From an uncultured Candidatus Saccharibacteria bacterium (GTDB lineage: Bacteria > Patescibacteriota > WWE3 > UBA101185 > 2-01-FULL-41-18): DNA of 64,000 nt. The notes under the pieces are model-generated. The model was not told the DNA's origin. It ran no database searches and saw only the letters and a list, made by a program, of their open reading frames with translations. Made by a program: the position numbers and the translations under genes. The stretch spans positions 7,048 through 71,047 of the forward strand of contig CAZWQF010000001.1 of assembly GCA_964636285.1 (NCBI GenBank). The letters are read 5' to 3'. Numbering within the stretch: the first letter of the stretch is position 1; each line of letters opens with the position of its first letter. This document shows positions 58,509 to 64,000 of this stretch, piece by piece.

Positions 58509-60542
58509 CTATTCTTTAGGGGTTTCAATTGGAAACGACGATAGTCTAGATATACATTCTTTAGCTGCAGTGACCGTTCCAAGACCCTCGACACCATATG
58601 GCGTCGGTACGTCTGAGTTTCGAATGTTCGCTTTTGTAGTTGTAGTACCTATACCCCCTATACTTTGTAATGGAGTTATTGGGCTGGAAAGAGAGTCGCA
58701 AAGTACTCCACTCACAGCTCCAAGCTCCTTAGCTCTTGGAAGTTTAACATTTGCCATAGAATTGAATGCTTTTTGTGTACTACATCCTGGCGCTTGCGGA
58801 TCGCTTTGGCAGTTAATAATATCAATAAATTGAGAAAATGATGCAGTAAAACCTCCTTCAAGACATCTTCCGTCTGAGTCTTTTCCTCCTGTGCACTCAC
58901 ATTCCTGTCCAAAAAGATGCACATTATAAACATTACCTTTTGGCTTTTGTTTTGTTTGTACCTCACTGTCTGGCGTAGTGACAGTTGAAGCAATTTTGGT
59001 CATATTTGTGATTGTTGATACAGGTGAAAAGGAGCCTCCTCTCAGATTAACACTAGTAATATGTCTATACTCATCAATTCCCGAACCTGGGGAGCACCCA
59101 TATCCTGAGCAGCTTCCGTTGGGATCCACACCTTCTCCTGCTATACTTGGGGTTAGTTCAGCTCTGTCGGGATCAATATCTTTAAGTCTATAGTACGGAA
59201 AAAATTCTGGTTCAAATGAGGTTTCATTAAACTCAAAGCTAAGTTCTTGTTGTGCAATATACATTGGAGGTCTAAAGTTTCTAGCAGATACTTTAGCTCC
59301 ACTATTGTCATAACAAATGTCAGGATTCTCAGAATATAGTTGTAGTACTTGCTTTTTTAGTTCTTCTGGATTTGAAGTTTTGATTAATCCTCCTCCGCAA
59401 GCTCCCTGATTCATCCCACGGAATCTAGCGTTGATGTCTCTTATATCGTCACATGAAGGAGCAAGACCATCTTTTGTGAAAGCAGATGGGTCGCATCCAA
59501 GAGCTGTGCTTGTACCTTCAACAAAAGCAGCTCTGTCGGTTGTTAAATCATCAGGGGTGACTGTGGCACCAGATACGTATGCTACAAGCGCTTGAGCGCA
59601 CATAGCTGGGTTTCTTAAACAAGAAAAGCCTGCATTAAGTATTGGGATTGCATTTCTCCAGAGGTAATCCACTGGGGTCTTATCAAGCTGGTTTATCTGA
59701 TTTTCACATGTATTTTCATAATCGGTTTTATCTACCAGTTGTCTCATACATACATCGTTTTCTTCACAGAAGCACTGTTCGTTTGTACACCTTGTAGCCC
59801 CACTTATATATATCGGAGGGATAGTGACGTCCTTTGTTATTACTCCAGTTTCATCCTGCCACACAATTCCTTTTAATACTTTAATTTCCTTACCACAAAA
59901 AACCCCTATAAACAGGGGTTCTTCAGGTAAATCTGAAATCTTGTACTCACCGCGAGGGCTTTTATTTCCCGTGGATAATGTAGAGTTGCTTTCGGTATAT
60001 GTGTATCTTCTGGTAGCCTTGTATTTCCCAGACTTATTGGCAAGATAGGGATCTTCTATCCAGGCAATCGTAGCACCTATGAGCGGTTTGATTTTTCGCT
60101 TAGCAAGAGGTATCGAGGATTCTTCCTGGGTTGCTATTTCTCCCTCATCAATTGCGTATATTTCTCCTAGTACAGAATGTTCTCCTCTTTTTGAAGGTCT
60201 CCTTTGACATGTTGATTTGTGCTTGGCCAAATCACACGGTGCCCCCTCTTCATCACAATCTGGATGGTTGTTGTCCTCATTATCACAAGTTGATGGGTCG
60301 TCTTGGATAGTCTGACATCTACCAATGTCCCCTCCATTTTCAGCTACGCATCCTCTATGACATGCACCGTTTGCTCTGTTTTCGCAAACAGGTGCGGTGC
60401 TAGAACAATTTTGAGCATACACATTATCCTGACTGTTACATGCAAAAAACAAGTTCATCAAAATAAATATTGAGAGTGTTGTTAATCTGTGCATGAATTT
60501 TTTCATACTGTGTTTAAAATTATTGAGTGAATGGGTCTCCAT
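58509..60542 (-). CDS. large secreted Cys-rich protein (677 aa), putative adhesin/ectodomain
   Basis: Signal peptide, >40 Cys in CxxC/CxC spacing, no TM elsewhere. Confidence 0.5.
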   Translation of the reverse strand: METHSLNNFKHSMKKFMHRLTTLSIFILMNLFFACNSQDNVYAQNCSSTAPVCENRANGACHRGCVAENGGDIGRCQTIQDDPSTCDNEDNNHPDCDEEGAPCDLAKHKSTCQRRPSKRGEHSVLGEIYAIDEGEIATQEESSIPLAKRKIKPLIGATIAWIEDPYLANKSGKYKATRRYTYTESNSTLSTGNKSPRGEYKISDLPEEPLFIGVFCGKEIKVLKGIVWQDETGVITKDVTIPPIYISGATRCTNEQCFCEENDVCMRQLVDKTDYENTCENQINQLDKTPVDYLWRNAIPILNAGFSCLRNPAMCAQALVAYVSGATVTPDDLTTDRAAFVEGTSTALGCDPSAFTKDGLAPSCDDIRDINARFRGMNQGACGGGLIKTSNPEELKKQVLQLYSENPDICYDNSGAKVSARNFRPPMYIAQQELSFEFNETSFEPEFFPYYRLKDIDPDRAELTPSIAGEGVDPNGSCSGYGCSPGSGIDEYRHITSVNLRGGSFSPVSTITNMTKIASTVTTPDSEVQTKQKPKGNVYNVHLFGQECECTGGKDSDGRCLEGGFTASFSQFIDIINCQSDPQAPGCSTQKAFNSMANVKLPRAKELGAVSGVLCDSLSSPITPLQSIGGIGTTTTKANIRNSDVPTPYGVEGLGTVTAAKECISRLSSFPIETPKE

Positions 60543-60981
60543 GCAAATCTAGAAAATCTGAAATTGATTGCAACGTTTCTTCTAATCCGGCTACGCTAGA
60601 ACCTCCAATAAAAATTCTAATAAGAATATTAATCAAACTGACTGCTCCTAAAACTGCTACAAATCCTATCAATCCCCATGTTAAGCTCTTTTTTGCCGCC
60701 TCGATTGCTTTAGAATCTCCTTCTGACAGCGAGTATTTTATGGATCCATAGAGAGTTATTATTATAAATGCAAATCCTACTGCCCCGAGGAGGTAGTTAA
60801 TGCCCGTAGTAATAGGACATGCTAGCTCACTTAAAGCTGGTGGGTCCGAAACGGTGCAATTGAATTGAGCATAAGCTTTGTCTGGAAAAAGGCAGAGAAA
60901 CCCAAATAATATTAATGTTAAGCTTAAATATTTTTGGCTAAACAAAGAAAAAAAATTTCTAATTTTAAATTGAGCTACCAT
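60520..60981 (-). CDS. VirB2/TrbC-like pilin paralog 1 (signal peptide + two hydrophobic helices)
   Basis: Conserved GSIKYSLSEGDSKAIEAAK loop between two TM helices, shared with four downstream paralogs. Confidence 0.55.
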   Translation of the reverse strand: MVAQFKIRNFFSLFSQKYLSLTLILFGFLCLFPDKAYAQFNCTVSDPPALSELACPITTGINYLLGAVGFAFIIITLYGSIKYSLSEGDSKAIEAAKKSLTWGLIGFVAVLGAVSLINILIRIFIGGSSVAGLEETLQSISDFLDLHGDPFTQ

Positions 60982-61264
60982 AATCAGTACCTCCTAACAT
61001 CCTTACTATAATCGCCCTTAATGAAACTGCAACCAAGGCTATAAATAGTGCAGTTATTGCAGCAGTAAGGTAGGACTTTGCCCCTGCGATTGCTTTAGAA
61101 TCCCCCTCTGACATTACATACTTGATACCAGAAATTATAGATGCAATTAAGGCTGCTGCTAAAGCTATTCCAATTAGCACATTCGTCACGATACCCAGTA
61201 CTCTTGAAACAGAAAAATTATATTCCCCAAAAGGACCCTCGACCTGGTTTAAAATCTCGCTCAC
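60965..61264 (-). CDS. VirB2/TrbC-like pilin paralog 2
   Basis: SGIKYVMSEGDSKAIAGAK motif between two TM helices. Confidence 0.55.
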   Translation of the reverse strand: MSEILNQVEGPFGEYNFSVSRVLGIVTNVLIGIALAAALIASIISGIKYVMSEGDSKAIAGAKSYLTAAITALFIALVAVSLRAIIVRMLGGTDYGSSI

Positions 61265-61292
61265 GTGAAGATTCTACTACAACTATTATTTT

Positions 61293-62588
61293 CTAGCTAC
61301 CTAAGAAAGTTGTAACTACCCACTTAAGGAAGCTAATACCTAAAATTGCCATTACAACGCCTGCAGCTGCTGCAGTAAGCTCCTCATGCCCTAATTGTAT
61401 TTTTTGTGGGTCTCCTTCACTCATTAACATGTGATATCCGCCCATTATTGCTTGGTATGCCGCTATTATGACGACTAATGCCCCTACCGCCGTTGCAACG
61501 TAGTTAATTAAACCCGCTGGGTCCATTGCTACCGGAAAGTTGGGAGATGGCGGTGGGTTCTTAATAAGCTCAATTTCCTCCTGCATCCCTTGGCATATTG
61601 CACTGCATGATCCCAGGTTATTGTGAATACAGGCTGTATCAGTGCTTCCTGGAGCACATTCAGAGCAACCACTACCTAGAACGCACTTATATAGTTTAGT
61701 CTCACTAGCTGTAGAAACACATAGCCCATCATCTCCACTCGCATTGATTTGATCGCAATCGCCTCTATTTCCTGCTCCGCTGTCGCATGTTTCATTAGGT
61801 CCGCAATCTACGGGGCTTGAGCAGTTACAGGAGGTTGAAGCTCCAGAAGGGTTTTGACATGTATAGTTACTAGTATTGTTATTTGTAGGCCTGCACAAAA
61901 AGTTTGCACTTGCAGACTGGCAACAGCCTAAATTTCTTAAAGCCCCTGGAGCACTTCTACCGCAAACTTGTCCTGGTGCAATACAGGTTACCTCTGCAAC
62001 GCACCTATTTTGTGTTACATCACATGTGAAGCCGGAGGCACATTGGCTTGATCCAGGGCTGTTACATTCCACACAAGTGCTTATTGTTTCGCCTGGATTT
62101 TTACAGTGTCTGCCTGAGGGATTACTTTGACAATCCTGATCTCCTCTACAGATAACACATTCTGCGGTGTCCACATTACAGATATTTCTAGTTTGATTTT
62201 GACATTGGGAATCATTAGAGCATCCTATAGCCTCACAATTACTGCTACTGGTCCCTTTTTGCTTACAATAGGGGGTACTCCCTGGACAATCATTATTATC
62301 TCTGCAAGCTACACAAATACCGCCTTGACCATTACAAACTGGAAAGCCTTGATTTCCCATACTTGCGCTTGTATCTGCAACATAGCAAATTTTATTTTTT
62401 ACATTACTGTTACAAGAGGAAGGTTGAGCGACACACGTATAAGATCCGCTTGCGGTTACTAATCCCATTCCACACTCACCGTTCACAGCATAAGCTGGTT
62501 TTTGAAGAGTGCTAATAATCCCAATAACTATCAATAAGACTAAAGTAACATTGTTTAGTTTTGAGATTACACTAAGTACCTTCTGCAT
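61293..62588 (-). CDS. Cys-rich ectodomain fused to C-terminal VirB2/TrbC-like pilin module (431 aa)
   Basis: Signal peptide, ~330 aa with ~50 Cys, then ...AYQAIMGGYHMLMSEGDPQKIQLGHEELTAAAAGVVMAILGISF pilin-like hairpin. Confidence 0.55.
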   Translation of the reverse strand: MQKVLSVISKLNNVTLVLLIVIGIISTLQKPAYAVNGECGMGLVTASGSYTCVAQPSSCNSNVKNKICYVADTSASMGNQGFPVCNGQGGICVACRDNNDCPGSTPYCKQKGTSSSNCEAIGCSNDSQCQNQTRNICNVDTAECVICRGDQDCQSNPSGRHCKNPGETISTCVECNSPGSSQCASGFTCDVTQNRCVAEVTCIAPGQVCGRSAPGALRNLGCCQSASANFLCRPTNNNTSNYTCQNPSGASTSCNCSSPVDCGPNETCDSGAGNRGDCDQINASGDDGLCVSTASETKLYKCVLGSGCSECAPGSTDTACIHNNLGSCSAICQGMQEEIELIKNPPPSPNFPVAMDPAGLINYVATAVGALVVIIAAYQAIMGGYHMLMSEGDPQKIQLGHEELTAAAAGVVMAILGISFLKWVVTTFLGS

Positions 62589-62590
62589 AG

Positions 62591-62908
62591 TTATATACCC
62601 ACGGTTGTCCTTGCACTATCAATGTTTCCTCCTAAGGCACTAACAATTATAGATCGGATTGACATTGCAGCTATGACTATGACAAAACCTATAATCGCAT
62701 TGGTGAGCCACTCTCTTGCAACCATCGTGTTTGCTTTATCCCCTTGGCTCATGATGTATTTAATACCACCAAGAATTAAATAAATAATTGTAAGTGCAAT
62801 TCCTGAGCCGAGTGCAATATTGTACACTACTCCAAAAATTGAACTTAAACTTGTAAATCTATTGTTGAGAGGGTCAACAATATTTGAATCTACTTGTGCA
62901 TATACCAT
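62591..62908 (-). CDS. VirB2/TrbC-like pilin paralog 4
   Basis: LGGIKYIMSQGDKANTMVAREWLTNAIIGF; no in-frame upstream start (in-frame TAA 8 codons upstream). Confidence 0.55.
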   Translation of the reverse strand: MVYAQVDSNIVDPLNNRFTSLSSIFGVVYNIALGSGIALTIIYLILGGIKYIMSQGDKANTMVAREWLTNAIIGFVIVIAAMSIRSIIVSALGGNIDSARTTVGI

Positions 62909-63020
62909 ACTTTTATTATAACCACCTTTTTATTTCTGTAAACTCGAATTACACTCGTATCTATTAAAACCAAAACAGGGCGGTTGTCCGCCCTGTACAT
63001 TGGAAAGAAATCAGTTTTTA

Positions 63021-63344
63021 TTAAGCGGGTGTTACTCCACTCACTGCAGTGTTGGATGCGCCTAGAAGATTTCCTACGATTGATCTAATCACGAATGCTC
63101 CAAGGACTACAATAAAACCAATGATTGCGTTTGTGAGCCATTCTCTTGCTACTTGAGTATTAGCTTTATCCCCTTGGCTCATGATGTATTTAATACCACC
63201 AAGAATTAAATAAATAATTGTAAGTGCAATACCAACACCCAGCACTACATTCATTATCATACCAAATAGATTTGGTAGGTTGGTTAATGTTGAACCTTCT
63301 AATGGATTTGTTGGGGTTACATCTACATTTTGTGCGAATACCAT
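63021..63344 (-). CDS. VirB2/TrbC-like pilin paralog 5 (recent tandem duplicate of 62591-62908)
   Basis: 64-bp identical DNA block (62737-62800 = 63167-63230) and near-identical protein core. Confidence 0.55.
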   Translation of the reverse strand: MVFAQNVDVTPTNPLEGSTLTNLPNLFGMIMNVVLGVGIALTIIYLILGGIKYIMSQGDKANTQVAREWLTNAIIGFIVVLGAFVIRSIVGNLLGASNTAVSGVTPA

Positions 63345-63444
63345 GTTACACCTCCTTCAATAGTTTCAATAACTATAAATAAGTTTATACTATTGTTCTT
63401 GAGTGTCAAGAACAGCAGAGTATAGCACATTGTACATTGCATTG

Positions 63445-63951
63445 CTAATGGGTTTGCTGAGGGCCGCTATTTTGAAATCCACAGTCTTTGTAGACAATCA
63501 GGAAGCGATTCTTAACAGTTATCAGCTCCTTCTGGCTACACCTATTCAAGATACTCAGGGCTACCTGGTCTTGGTCGTAATAATATTCAAAATTTCCCCA
63601 AGTGTCCGTGTCTGTTACAGTATAAACGAACCTATCAGAATTTGATTCCTTAAGTTTTTCAATTACACTTTCATTATTCTTGTATATGAAGTTGCCGTCA
63701 TATAGTAATGTACTCTTGCTTATTTTAGCGTTTGCTTTAACTGGAGTAAAAAGGCTTAGAGGTATAGCTTTCTCAGATTGGGAGAAGTAGCCCTGTTTTC
63801 TTACAAAAGCTTCAATAGGATGTCTATCTATTACGCCAGTTAACTCAGTGGATGCTAATTCTCCAATTTTTTTACTAACAAGTTCATAGTTCAGGTAACC
63901 TTGGTTTATCGCTACAAAGTTTAAAATGCTGTTGATCTGAAATAGGGTCAC
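63445..63951 (-). CDS. hypothetical protein (168 aa)
   Basis: ORF only. Confidence 0.3.
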   Translation of the reverse strand: MTLFQINSILNFVAINQGYLNYELVSKKIGELASTELTGVIDRHPIEAFVRKQGYFSQSEKAIPLSLFTPVKANAKISKSTLLYDGNFIYKNNESVIEKLKESNSDRFVYTVTDTDTWGNFEYYYDQDQVALSILNRCSQKELITVKNRFLIVYKDCGFQNSGPQQTH

Positions 63952-64000
63952 AAATCCTACTGCTAGATGCCTGTGCTCACCTGACTTTGAATATAAATCT

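Noticed and set aside
60520-63344. CRISPR-like array suggested by repeated ~64-bp DNA blocks
   Set aside because: The repeats lie inside paralogous protein-coding pilin genes (tandem gene duplication). They are not short direct repeats with unique spacers, and there are no cas genes.
1-64000. Alternative genetic code (UGA=Gly/Trp), as in some CPR lineages
   Set aside because: Long conserved genes (dnaG, metG, sufB, glyA) are intact under code 11, and rpmH ends at a TGA stop that fits the expected protein length.

Overview
This is an AT-rich (~36-38% GC), gene-dense bacterial window read with the standard genetic code. Its gene content fits a reduced-genome, Patescibacteria/CPR-like organism: a minimal SUF operon with a truncated SufD, a short YidC, and no dnaA beside dnaN. 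Recognisable housekeeping genes include dcd, a long ThyX-like gene, glyA, the ArsR-sufCBDSU operon with a ferredoxin, dnaG-rpoD, metG, folD, rpmH-rnpA-yidD-yidC-jag-dnaN, a MacAB-like efflux system, mgtE, a two-component system and four tRNAs. A fifth tRNA on the minus strand (2685-3068) is interrupted by a ~309-nt group I intron with canonical R and S elements. The most unusual region is a ~17-kb type IV secretion/pilus-like locus (47.3-64 kb): a split VirB4, a VirB3-like fusion protein, a VirB6/TrbL-like protein, a 1050-aa lysozyme-like/M23 cell-wall hydrolase, large Cys-rich secreted proteins, and five tandem VirB2/TrbC-like pilin paralogs, one fused to a ~330-aa Cys-rich ectodomain. A second theme is a set of strongly GC-rich (~55-60%) small ORFs embedded in the AT-rich background, at 0.1-2.1 kb, 17.1-18.3 kb, 43.9 kb and 52.4 kb. 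Most carry strong Shine-Dalgarno sites, and several are followed by GC-stem hairpins sharing an 'aaaacgggc...gcccgt' signature; they look horizontally acquired, possibly from a high-GC host or neighbour. A ~70-bp GC-rich structured repeat occurs twice in inverted orientation, at two convergent gene junctions 15.5 kb apart.
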